DNA from: Anaerolineae bacterium
Lineage (GTDB): Bacteria; Chloroflexota; Anaerolineae; Aggregatilineales; J027
Length of the DNA: 64,000 bases
Reading direction: 5' to 3'
Assembly (NCBI GenBank): GCA_034437655.1
Contig: DAOTTU010000055.1
Span: forward strand, 19,001 to 83,000
Every line of letters starts with the position of its first letter. Position 1 is the first letter of the stretch. The notes beneath the pieces were generated by a model. That model did no database searches and was not told where the DNA came from. It worked only from the letters and a program-made list of their open reading frames with translations. Positions 36,308-45,666 of this stretch are shown here, in pieces. The translations under genes were made by a program, and so were the position numbers.

Positions 36308-38863
36308 CTATAAATCGGCATGTGTAAGATACTGTCGGCGTTTGGTTGCGTCAAAGCGCGTGTCTTCCAGAGCAGCGTCCAACGCTTCATCAATGGTTTG
36401 CACCAGTTGAAACCGCATTTCACCACGCACTTCTTCGGGTACTTTGTCCAGGTCTGGTGCATTACGACGCGGCAAGACCACAATGTCTAGCCCCATGCGG
36501 TGCGCTGCTAACACTTTATCCTTGATTCCGCCAACAGGCAAGACCTGTCCATGCAGCGTGACTTCACCTGTCATGGCGACATTGCGCTTCACCAGGCGGC
36601 CGGTCATCAAAGACGCCAACGCGGTTGCCATCGCAATTCCTGCCGAGGGACCGTCTTTAGGAATTGCCCCGGCCGGGACATGCAGATGCAAATCGTTCTT
36701 TTCAAAGTAGCCATTCGGCAATTCAAAGTCTGCGGCACGTGTACGCAAATAGCTGAGTGCAGCGCGGGCGCTTTCTTGCATCACATCACCCAACTGCCCC
36801 GTAAGCTGTAGATTTCCTTTACCATCCATCTGCGTGGCTTCGATGAACAAAATATCGCCACCAACCGGCGTCCAGGCCAACCCGGTTGCAACCCCGGGGC
36901 GGATCACGCGGTCGGAGATTTCGGTGCGGTAGCCATAGGGCGGATGTTTCAACAATTCGCGGGCTTTCTTCGCCGTGATCTCGATATGTTCACCGCGGCC
37001 TTCGGCAATGCGCGTGGCAATCTTGCGTGCTACTTTACCAATTTGTCGTTCCAGATTACGCACACCGGCCTCGCGGGTGTAGTTCTGGATAATCTCAAGT
37101 AACGCGGCATCGGTAAACGTTACTTCATCTGGAAAAAGTCCATTTTCCTCAATCTGGCGCGGCACAAGATACTGACGGGCAATCTGCACTTTTTCTTGTT
37201 CAGTGTAGCCGCTCAGTTCAATGACTTCCATACGATCAAGCAACGGACGCGGAATGGGGTCAAGTTCATTCGCTGTGGTGATGAAAATGACTTCAGAGAG
37301 ATCGAACGCAACGTCAAGGTAATGGTCACGGAACTCATCGTTTTGTTCTGGGTCCAGCACTTCTAGTAATGCTGATGCCGGGTCACCGCGGAAATCGCGA
37401 CCGAGCTTGTCAATTTCATCAAGCATAATCACGGGGTTACGGCTCCCTGCACGGCGCAACGTCTGAACAATGCGCCCGGGCATGGCCCCGACATATGTGC
37501 GCCGAAAGCCGCGAATTTCTGCTTCATCACGGACACCGCCAAGGCTCATCCGCATGAACTTACGTTCCATCGCCCGCGCAATCGACGCGCCAAGCGACGT
37601 TTTCCCTACACCGGGCGGGCCAACAAACGCTAGAATCGCGCCCTCACGCCGCCGCCGGATAACATCAGCAACTTTATTCTGTTCGAGCCTGGCTTTGCGT
37701 TCCTGGCGCAGTTTACGTACTGACAAATACTCTAGAATGCGATCCTTGATGTCTTCCAGACCGTAGTGGTCCTCGTTCAGCACATCGCGGGCATTGCCAA
37801 TGTCGAGGTTGTCGGTGGTACGTTCATCCCACGGGAGGGTTGTCATCCAGTCAAGATAGGTACGAATGACACCGTATTCAGCCGCTGCCGACGGTAGCTT
37901 CGAAAGACGGTCAAGCTCACGGCGCGCCTCTTTTTCGGCTTCCTCGGGCATATTTGCTTTGGCGATTTTCTCGCGAAATTCTTCAATTTCGACAAATTGC
38001 TCATCGCCTTCGCCCAATTCGCGTTGAATGGCTTTAAGCTGCTCGCGCAAGAAGTAGTCACGCTGCATCTTTTCCATTTCATTCTGGGCTTCGTTCTGGA
38101 TTTTATGCCCGAGTTCAAGCACTTCAAGCTCTTTGTTGAGCTTGTCCATCAGTTCTTTGAGCTTTTCTTCAACCGTGTCCATTTCAAGCAGTTGCTGCTG
38201 CTCGTGCAGTTCAAGACGAACATAGGTTGCAACCGTGTAGACAAGCTGTAGTGGATCATCCAGATTCAGCGCAGACGTTATCAGTTCGGTGGGCAAGTTC
38301 GGCATTAAGTCCGAAAGGCGCGTGAACTGATCCACAATCGTGCGCATCATTGCTTCAATTTCAAGCCCATGGTCAATGCGTTCAGGCGTCGAAAAAACAC
38401 GTGCCTGCAAGTAGGGTTCGGTGGTGGTATATTCTTCAATTTCAATACGCGATAAGCCCTGTACCAACAAACGAATGGTGCCGTCTGGCGCACGAAATAG
38501 CCGATGAATTTGGGCTAAGGTGCCAGTGGTGTAAATTTCGTCAGGTGCAGGTACTTCTAGAGCGGGGTCAACTGCGGCGAATAGCCCAACCAGGCGATTA
38601 CTTGAGGCGACATCATCAACCAGACGAATTGAACGCGGTTGGCCAACCGTTAACGGAATTGCCGTCTGTGGAAAGACCGCTATGCCACGCAATGGCAAAA
38701 CAGGCAATACGTCGGGCAGTTCTGGTTCCTGGTCGTCATCGTCGTCGAACAAATTCGCCCGAATGGGGATTGCGATAGGTGGGCGGTCGCCAGCGTCGTC
38801 GTCATCCTGAAGGCGAATCCAGAATGATTGGGGGTGGTCGGCGTCCGTTGTATGTAGAGTCAT
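36308..38863 (-). CDS. lon: ATP-dependent Lon protease (LonA)
   Basis: Lon N-domain [22 protein letters not shown], Walker [10 protein letters not shown], Walker B IMLDEIDK, protease motif [17 protein letters not shown] 38863 is preferred over GTG 38935; the start is uncertain. Confidence 0.95.
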   Translation of the reverse strand: MTLHTTDADHPQSFWIRLQDDDDAGDRPPIAIPIRANLFDDDDDQEPELPDVLPVLPLRGIAVFPQTAIPLTVGQPRSIRLVDDVASSNRLVGLFAAVDPALEVPAPDEIYTTGTLAQIHRLFRAPDGTIRLLVQGLSRIEIEEYTTTEPYLQARVFSTPERIDHGLEIEAMMRTIVDQFTRLSDLMPNLPTELITSALNLDDPLQLVYTVATYVRLELHEQQQLLEMDTVEEKLKELMDKLNKELEVLELGHKIQNEAQNEMEKMQRDYFLREQLKAIQRELGEGDEQFVEIEEFREKIAKANMPEEAEKEARRELDRLSKLPSAAAEYGVIRTYLDWMTTLPWDERTTDNLDIGNARDVLNEDHYGLEDIKDRILEYLSVRKLRQERKARLEQNKVADVIRRRREGAILAFVGPPGVGKTSLGASIARAMERKFMRMSLGGVRDEAEIRGFRRTYVGAMPGRIVQTLRRAGSRNPVIMLDEIDKLGRDFRGDPASALLEVLDPEQNDEFRDHYLDVAFDLSEVIFITTANELDPIPRPLLDRMEVIELSGYTEQEKVQIARQYLVPRQIEENGLFPDEVTFTDAALLEIIQNYTREAGVRNLERQIGKVARKIATRIAEGRGEHIEITAKKARELLKHPPYGYRTEISDRVIRPGVATGLAWTPVGGDILFIEATQMDGKGNLQLTGQLGDVMQESARAALSYLRTRAADFELPNGYFEKNDLHLHVPAGAIPKDGPSAGIAMATALASLMTGRLVKRNVAMTGEVTLHGQVLPVGGIKDKVLAAHRMGLDIVVLPRRNAPDLDKVPEEVRGEMRFQLVQTIDEALDAALEDTRFDATKRRQYLTHADL

Positions 38864-39102
38864 AGTCGTTGGGAAGTCGATTATCCTTGGTTGTATGGTG
38901 ATGATGGGTGCTTTGTATGCCTGTCGTGGCCACACAAAGAATCACACGTCACAATGTTGCCATCATACCACAGAGGCATAGTCGTCTCAATTAGAGTTCT
39001 ACAAGAACGAATTTTCAGTCAAGAAAAACTTTGCATTTTGGGGAATGATTGAACTATACTGGACAAAATAAGGCAATACGGGTGGTAAGGAACTTAAGCC
39101 TG

Positions 39103-39624
39103 ATGAAAATTGAAGTCGTAATTGATTGCATCCGCATGAGTCTCATGTCACAGAATCGTGTGGTTATCCTCAAAGAAAAAGATCAGGAACGCTACTTGCC
39201 GATTTGGATCGGTCATTTCGAAGCCGATGCCATTACCTTTGAGCTGCAAGAAATGGCACATAAGCGCCCCCTGACCCACGACCTGCTCAAAGAAGTTATC
39301 AGCAAGATTGGTGGCGAAGTCAAGCACATCATCGTCACAGAACTGCGCGGTGATGATCAAATCTTCATCGCAGAAATTGTTATTGACGTCGATGGCGAAG
39401 AAGTCCCGGTAGATGCACGCCCCAGCGACGCGATTGCACTGGCTGTGCGTGTAGATGTCCCCATTTTTGTGAATGAGGAAGTGCTGGAAATGGCTGGTGT
39501 TATGCCGGAAGAAGACATAGAAGACAGCGAGATTGACACCAAGTCAGAGCCGGACGAAGACCGCCTGCAAATCTTCAAAGACTTTGTGGACACGCTTGAT
39601 CTCGACAACCTCGAAGACGACTAA
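39103..39624 (+). CDS. Bifunctional nuclease family protein (BFN/DUF151)
   Basis: RVVILKEKDQERYLPIWIGHFEADAI..KRPLTHDLL signature with an acidic tail. ATG 39103 is preferred over TTG 39049. Confidence 0.8.
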   Translation: MKIEVVIDCIRMSLMSQNRVVILKEKDQERYLPIWIGHFEADAITFELQEMAHKRPLTHDLLKEVISKIGGEVKHIIVTELRGDDQIFIAEIVIDVDGEEVPVDARPSDAIALAVRVDVPIFVNEEVLEMAGVMPEEDIEDSEIDTKSEPDEDRLQIFKDFVDTLDLDNLEDD

Positions 39625-39714
39625 GCGCCCTCTTTGCAGGGCAAATACTCCGTCAGGCGCGGCACCGACAATAATCGTTACTGTCGCGCCTGCGGTTACC
39701 TCTACACCATATCC

Positions 39715-40788
39715 CTATTCCACATAGATAGGGTTGCTTAATATCCAGCAACGCTTGAGCCCTTTATAATCACGCCAAACCTCGGCCCGGTATGCACCAC
39801 GTTGCGTGACATTATAGGTCAGGTTTTCGACGTTTTCACCTTCAGCGAGAATCTCTCCATGATGGATCAGGCGAATATGTCCCCGTTGTGGTGCAATGAC
39901 CTGCAACGTCACGCTGTTGCCAAGCGCAATGCATTCGCCCATCCGGGCATGGGCTCCACCGATACCCTGTGCTGAAAATTTAAAGCCGTGCGCATCAGCC
40001 ACAAGATCATAGCTGATAAAAGCGGTACCATTCCGCAAACTACGATAGATCAGCGCAGCGTCCTGTTGCCAATAGCCGCTGAAAGGTTCATCGGTCAGAA
40101 TGTGGGTATTTACACACTGGAAAAGGAAATCGTACGGAAAGATGACCTGCTGAATCGGGCCGAGTTTGTAGCGTTTCCCATGCGCATCAGCATTCCCAAT
40201 GCCGACCACACGCCGCCCTGTTGCAAGCAGTTCGTCCCATTTGGCAAGGGTTTCTGGACGTGGCCCAATCATCGCTTGCTCAGGTTCAAAAATGCGACGA
40301 AATCCAGTCAACGGACTGGTCAATACATCTTTGAACACCGACATGTAGTTCCAGATTTCGAGCCCGTGAAAGCTTTCAATATCCCATGTTACCCAATCAA
40401 TTGCTGAAACATCGTCATACCAGTGAATTTGCCTGTCGAATGGGTGCGCCAGAAACGTCAGCCCACCTGCGTCTTGCACAGCATTAAGCAATTGCTGAGG
40501 GTTATGGGCGTGTTTGCTCATCGACTGCCCAACATTGTAGACCAGACAATGGTTAACCTGTGGCAAGCGGCGGCGGTCGTGGACTTCTTCCCCTGTCAAC
40601 AGTAACACATAGCCCGTTGAATCGTCGCCATAATAGCCCTGCACGCCATCAACATAAATATTGTGGTCGGTCACGATGACGAAATCCAGCTTTGCGCGTT
40701 GTGCTGCCGCTGCAATCTCATCATGATAGGCTTCACCATCTGAAAAAGGCGTATGCATGTGCATATTGCCGACATATTCATAACTCAT
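39715..40788 (-). CDS. PHP-domain metallohydrolase (CehA/McbA-like)
   Basis: NMHMHTPFSDGE, FVIVTDHN, FLAHP, GNADAHG motifs. Beta-rich C-terminal domain. Confidence 0.75.
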   Translation of the reverse strand: MSYEYVGNMHMHTPFSDGEAYHDEIAAAAQRAKLDFVIVTDHNIYVDGVQGYYGDDSTGYVLLLTGEEVHDRRRLPQVNHCLVYNVGQSMSKHAHNPQQLLNAVQDAGGLTFLAHPFDRQIHWYDDVSAIDWVTWDIESFHGLEIWNYMSVFKDVLTSPLTGFRRIFEPEQAMIGPRPETLAKWDELLATGRRVVGIGNADAHGKRYKLGPIQQVIFPYDFLFQCVNTHILTDEPFSGYWQQDAALIYRSLRNGTAFISYDLVADAHGFKFSAQGIGGAHARMGECIALGNSVTLQVIAPQRGHIRLIHHGEILAEGENVENLTYNVTQRGAYRAEVWRDYKGLKRCWILSNPIYVE

Positions 40789-40798
40789 GGACGTGAAC

Positions 40799-41455
40799 TT
40801 ATGCCCCTTCTATAGGTGAACAACCTGAAACACCGACACGATAACTCAATTCAAGACCGTCGTCTGCGGTGCGGTAGGTAACGTTTTCGCCTGCATTCCA
40901 CCACTCATCAGCATAGAGTGTAATGATATCATCGGTGATGATGCTGTCGTCTGCAAAGCTATCACGCAGCAAGTCTACGCCAGAACGCAGAACGCCACCA
41001 ACAACATTCCCCAACCCGCCGAGGTTCTCAAAAAAGCTGCTGACCCCGACAAACACCATGCCCACATCAACACCGAACACACCTGGTAGCTGGTCGATTT
41101 CTAACGCCAGAATCTCGATGCGGATTTCTTCGCGAGCCGGCACGCTGAAGATGAAATTCTCAAGCTGGCGTGTGTCGCCCCGGCTCATTGATTCGTTGCC
41201 TTCAGCGGGGAAATAGCGGTCAATGATAAATTGATCGTGCCCAACCGAAAGCACAAGCTGTACTTCCATCTGGTTAGAAAATAACCCATCGCCCATGTCT
41301 GCCAGCACAGTAAAGTCGTTAACTTTGACCGTTACTGTGCAATTCGTCTGTTGGGGTGGAGATTGCGCCTCTACTGGATGTGTCGCATACAACAACGGGA
41401 TGGTGAGCGCAGCAAGCACAATGAGGCGGAGCAAATAAGCAGGTTGAAAGCGCAT
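40799..41455 (-). CDS. Secreted hypothetical protein
   Basis: Signal peptide LRLIVLAALTIPLLYATHPVEAQ. No family recognised. Located 10 nt upstream of the PHP gene and 30 nt downstream of the permease gene. Confidence 0.5.
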   Translation of the reverse strand: MRFQPAYLLRLIVLAALTIPLLYATHPVEAQSPPQQTNCTVTVKVNDFTVLADMGDGLFSNQMEVQLVLSVGHDQFIIDRYFPAEGNESMSRGDTRQLENFIFSVPAREEIRIEILALEIDQLPGVFGVDVGMVFVGVSSFFENLGGLGNVVGGVLRSGVDLLRDSFADDSIITDDIITLYADEWWNAGENVTYRTADDGLELSYRVGVSGCSPIEGA

Positions 41456-41485
41456 CGTATGTCTGTCTTTCTCTCTTTGTAGGCT

Positions 41486-42421
41486 TTACTTGTCGCGGGT
41501 GATGGCAAAACCGTTCATGAATTGCTTCTGCAAGATAACAAACACCAGCAACGGGGGTAATGATGCCACAATGCCAGCAGCCATCAATAGCCCATAATCT
41601 GGGGTGCCTGTCGCAGCCTTCAATCGGACGCCTACCTGAATCATCTGGTCGGCGTCATCATTGATGATCAGCACTGGCCAGATATACTGATTCCACATAT
41701 AAATAAACTGTATCACAGCCAACGCCCCGATGATATTCCACGACATAGGCAACAGTATAGAAAACAAAAAGCGTAGCGGTGAAGCCCCGTCAATTTGTGC
41801 CGCTTCGACCAGTTCGCGCGGAATGTTGTTGAAATGCTGCCGGAATAGAAACGCGCCAATTGCTGAGCCAATAAACGGAATAGTCAGTGCGAGGCGTGGG
41901 TTCGTCCGCACCCATTCCAGGTCACCCATCAAAGCGCTGAGTGGCAAGATGATGATTTCCGTTGGCATGAGCAACGTCAGCAGTACGAAAAAGAACAAAA
42001 TCCACTTGCCCGGAAACTTGAAATAGACGAAAGCCAACCCGGCCAGCATCCCGGTGACGATCTTGCCAATGGCCACCACCAGCGAAATGACCAGTGTATT
42101 CCAGAACATGCGGTCAAACTGATTGCGTTCGGTGAAAAGCGAATCTATGTTTGTGGACATTTCATCAATGGCAGTGGTAGCAATATCCGCCGGGTTGTCG
42201 CCGGGGGGCAACAGGCGCGGCGGGTCACGTTCAAGAGCTTGCTCCGCAGTAAGTGTTGCCACCCCTAGCGCAAAGAAAGCCGGCAAAGATACGACGAAGC
42301 AAATCAGGATCAGGCCGATATGCACACCCCAGCGGGTTCTTGTGCGTGGGGCCTGGGGGCGGTGTTGCTGTGGCTGGGTGTCGGTTTTAGTGGTGACGTT
42401 AATCTGGTCTGTGGTTGCCAT
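41486..42421 (-). CDS. Carbohydrate ABC transporter permease (MalG/UgpE-like)
   Basis: 6-TM profile. EAA loop ELVEAAQIDGASPLRFLFSILLP. Confidence 0.85.
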   Translation of the reverse strand: MATTDQINVTTKTDTQPQQHRPQAPRTRTRWGVHIGLILICFVVSLPAFFALGVATLTAEQALERDPPRLLPPGDNPADIATTAIDEMSTNIDSLFTERNQFDRMFWNTLVISLVVAIGKIVTGMLAGLAFVYFKFPGKWILFFFVLLTLLMPTEIIILPLSALMGDLEWVRTNPRLALTIPFIGSAIGAFLFRQHFNNIPRELVEAAQIDGASPLRFLFSILLPMSWNIIGALAVIQFIYMWNQYIWPVLIINDDADQMIQVGVRLKAATGTPDYGLLMAAGIVASLPPLLVFVILQKQFMNGFAITRDK

Positions 42422-42424
42422 CGG

Positions 42425-44053
42425 TTAACCTCCGTATGTCACACGACGTTCAACGAAGCGGAATTGGATGATCGTAATCAGCGCCACCAGCAAAAACAGC
42501 ACAACCGATTGTGTCGAGGCGAAGCCAAGTTCTGCACCGCGTTCAAAGGCCTCATCATACGCACTATAGATCAGCACACTGGTCGCTTTGCCTTCCACGC
42601 CAGCCGGGCCAAGCGGAGGCCCACCGCTGGTCAACACGTCGATGACACCGTATATGCCATAGAACGAGTAGGTGATGTTCGCGACCAGCAAAAAGAACGT
42701 GAACGGCGACAGCATCGGCACTGTGATGCGCAAAAAGCGTTGAAAAACGTTGGCCCCGTCAATAGCGGCCGCTTCGAGCAGGTCTTTGGGCACGTTTTGC
42801 AGCCCGGCGATGTAAAAGAGAATGTTGAAGCCTAGTGCATTCCACACGGAAACAGCGACGACTACCCCCTGCGCCAATTGGGGATCAGTTAACCATTCGG
42901 GTTGAATGCCGAACAGGCCTTCTGTCATCCAATTAACGATCCCGCTGTCCCCACGGCGAAACATGTTGAGGAAAATAGCGCTCATCACTACCGGCGATAG
43001 CGCATAGGGCCAGACAAGTAATGTACGGTAAATGCTGGCTCCGCGCACCTGTTGCGCCGCCAACAGTGCAATCAGCAGCGCGACACTCATCGTCATCACA
43101 ACGATTGCAATCGTGATCCAGATCGTAATTTCAAAGCTGTTCTGGTAGGGCACGCTTTCGGTCAGTTCAACGTAATTTGCCAGGCAGACATCAATGGGGC
43201 CACGTGGAGCCCCACGAATGGTGCGCGTCGTAGACTGGGTGAGAATCGTCACCGCCGGGTAGTAGAGGAAAATCGAGAGGAAAAACACGGACGGCACCAG
43301 CAACACATAAGGCAACCAGCGATTTTTGAAGTAACCTTTTGTGTCTGTGTCGAGTTTAGGGCGTCCAAGCAACGTCCATGCCGGGACCAACAGCAAAAAC
43401 GCGCTGAAAGCCGTTACCACCACGCCAAGCCGATACTGCACATCGGGAATACCTGTCTCATAGCTACAATGCGATAGCGGATAGTTCAAAATCTGGGCAC
43501 TGACGCCACCAACCAAGCCCCCAATCACCACACCCAGCACAGCATAACCCGCCGCCGCCCGGGTGAACATATAGCGGAAGTTTTCTGGCCGGAAAAAGCG
43601 CTGCGTTTCGATGTCCTGAAGCAACGAAATGACGAAACCAACAACTGCTGCAACCAGCACCGCATTCACGATGTTCTCAGTGAAGACGTAAATCAGCGCG
43701 CCACCTGCAAACCCGGCCAGTACCGAATTACCGCTCAATGCCGGGAGTTGAATACCGCCTTTGGTGACCCAGAAGTATAGAATAGTCGTCACCGCGCCGA
43801 CCACTGCGCCGACGATGAACGCATCACGCAGGGGTGTGGCTGGCGATTCTGCAAATATCAGCGCAAAGGCAACCCGTGGTGCGAAGTAGTCAATAATCTC
43901 TTGCAGAAAGCCCGGTGCCGCGCGGATGGCATCTAATGTGAAGTTGCCGAGTGCTTCTAGCCCCTCACGCTCGGTATACATGAACCACACCGAAAAAATG
44001 AACGTTCCAATCAGCAATAACCACTGTATCTGGCGATCCGTATTGGTTGGCAT
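42425..44053 (-). CDS. Carbohydrate ABC transporter permease (MalF/UgpA-like) with about 240-aa N-terminal membrane extension
   Basis: C-terminal about 300 aa is a standard BPD-type permease (EAA loop LLEAAAIDGANVFQRFLRITVP). The N-terminal about 240 aa add about 6 hydrophobic helices. Confidence 0.85.
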   Translation of the reverse strand: MPTNTDRQIQWLLLIGTFIFSVWFMYTEREGLEALGNFTLDAIRAAPGFLQEIIDYFAPRVAFALIFAESPATPLRDAFIVGAVVGAVTTILYFWVTKGGIQLPALSGNSVLAGFAGGALIYVFTENIVNAVLVAAVVGFVISLLQDIETQRFFRPENFRYMFTRAAAGYAVLGVVIGGLVGGVSAQILNYPLSHCSYETGIPDVQYRLGVVVTAFSAFLLLVPAWTLLGRPKLDTDTKGYFKNRWLPYVLLVPSVFFLSIFLYYPAVTILTQSTTRTIRGAPRGPIDVCLANYVELTESVPYQNSFEITIWITIAIVVMTMSVALLIALLAAQQVRGASIYRTLLVWPYALSPVVMSAIFLNMFRRGDSGIVNWMTEGLFGIQPEWLTDPQLAQGVVVAVSVWNALGFNILFYIAGLQNVPKDLLEAAAIDGANVFQRFLRITVPMLSPFTFFLLVANITYSFYGIYGVIDVLTSGGPPLGPAGVEGKATSVLIYSAYDEAFERGAELGFASTQSVVLFLLVALITIIQFRFVERRVTYGG

Positions 44054-44080
44054 CGCGAAAACTCCTAAAGCCTGAGTAAC

Positions 44081-44111
44081 AAAAAAGTGGGACGAGCCGC
44101 ACTCATCCCAC
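44081..44111 (-). terminator. Intra-operon intrinsic terminator between the binding-protein and permease genes
   Basis: Minus-sense GTGGGATGAG-TGCGG-CTCGTCCCAC (10 bp, one G-U) followed by TTTTTTG. Confidence 0.7.
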
Positions 44112-44155
44112 CCGTAAATACACGTGCCGTCAATATTGCAGCGGCCGTGTTTGAC

Positions 44156-45541
44156 CTATTCCATAGCGAAGAACAGGTTGTATTCTTCGATTTGTTCATC
44201 AGCGAGGGTGTCCGCCGCCGCAAGCGCATCTTCTACCGACTCGCCGCCATCAATCACAGACTGGATAGCATCAACAAGATAGCCGCGCACAGTTGGGGCG
44301 CTACCGTAAATGGCACCTGCCGTGGCAGCATTCGGTACTGTGTTCACCAGTTGATCGACTGCGACACGATAGGCCGGGTTTTCTTCCCAGAAGCCTTCTG
44401 CTTCAAGGATGTCAATCGAGGCCTGGCGGTTGGGGAAGTAACCGCTGTCCTTGTGCCATTCAGCGATATTCTCAGCGCTCGTCATAAAGAATACGAAGTC
44501 GCGGGCTGCATTAATTTCAGCTTCAGAATGCCCATTCGTAATCCACAGACTACCCCCACCATTGATGGTGCCGTTGGTGGCGTCTTCGTTCGGGATGGGG
44601 AGCGGCGCAACAGTCAGTCCGTATCCGAAAATACCAGCAAAGTTCACAAAGTTTGACACACCAGCCGTACTGTTGATGTGCATCGCTGTGCCCTGCGTAA
44701 TGAACAGGCCTGCTTCGCCAGTATAGTCACCAGTGACGCCTGTATAGATATAGTAACCCTGTTCGGCCATGCTGGCCCACCATTCAACTGCAACTTGCAT
44801 TTCCTCGCTGTTAAGCAGGGCTTCAGTAGCGCGACCATCGTGACCATTTTCGTTGTTGACGACCAAACCACCCTGCATTGCAACCCATGTTTCAGGGAAC
44901 CATGCTGCCAGCGGCCAGTTGATGCAACCACTCAGTTCGAGCGCTTCGGCCTGTTCCATGATCGTCGCGCAGACAGCGTCAACTTCTGCAAAGGTGCGCG
45001 GCGGGTTGGCAGGGTCCAGACCAGCAGCAGTGAAAATATCTTCGTTAATGTACAGCACCGGGTTTGAAGAGTTCCACGGCATACTCCACAATTCGCCGTC
45101 AACCTCAAAGAAGTCACGGACAGAGGGCAGCAGGTCGTCAAAGTTCGCCTGCTGTTCTTCTGTCGCGACATCTTGCAGCTTCACAAACAGCGGATCACCG
45201 TCTTCGTCAACCTGATCAGCAGCGAAGCGGGTCGCAGTTTCGTCAAGCTGAACGACATGCGGCGCATTACCCTGGTCAATAGCGGTCAGGGTCGAGTCCA
45301 GAATTTCATCATAGTCTACTTTGGTCTGCACCTCGACAGTAATGCCGGGATTCTGTGCTTCGAACTCTTCTACAATCGATTGCACAACCTCAAAACGGAT
45401 GTCGTTTTCATCAAAAAAGGTATGGACAAAACTGATCGTCACATCATCCTGTGCGCTGACGGGAGCAGCGGGGGTGCTTGCCAGCGGCATCAGGCTTGCG
45501 ACCAATGCTAGCGTAAGGCTCAAGAGTACAAGGCGTTTCAT
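44156..45541 (-). CDS. Extracellular solute-binding protein, family 1 (sugar ABC)
   Basis: Signal peptide MKRLVLLSLTLALVASLMPLASTPAAPVSAQ and a family-1 SBP-like body. ATG 45541 lies 9 nt after AGGAG and is preferred over TTG 45559. Confidence 0.85.
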   Translation of the reverse strand: MKRLVLLSLTLALVASLMPLASTPAAPVSAQDDVTISFVHTFFDENDIRFEVVQSIVEEFEAQNPGITVEVQTKVDYDEILDSTLTAIDQGNAPHVVQLDETATRFAADQVDEDGDPLFVKLQDVATEEQQANFDDLLPSVRDFFEVDGELWSMPWNSSNPVLYINEDIFTAAGLDPANPPRTFAEVDAVCATIMEQAEALELSGCINWPLAAWFPETWVAMQGGLVVNNENGHDGRATEALLNSEEMQVAVEWWASMAEQGYYIYTGVTGDYTGEAGLFITQGTAMHINSTAGVSNFVNFAGIFGYGLTVAPLPIPNEDATNGTINGGGSLWITNGHSEAEINAARDFVFFMTSAENIAEWHKDSGYFPNRQASIDILEAEGFWEENPAYRVAVDQLVNTVPNAATAGAIYGSAPTVRGYLVDAIQSVIDGGESVEDALAAADTLADEQIEEYNLFFAME

Positions 45542-45666
45542 CAAGTCATGCTCCTGCAAAACGGTATTTTCCGGGTGAGAGTTTTGTGTTAATTAACGGG
45601 CATTGATGCTTTATTATCCGACATGATACTTTAACGATGATGGGTAAATGAAAGTCTAAGCCTCTG

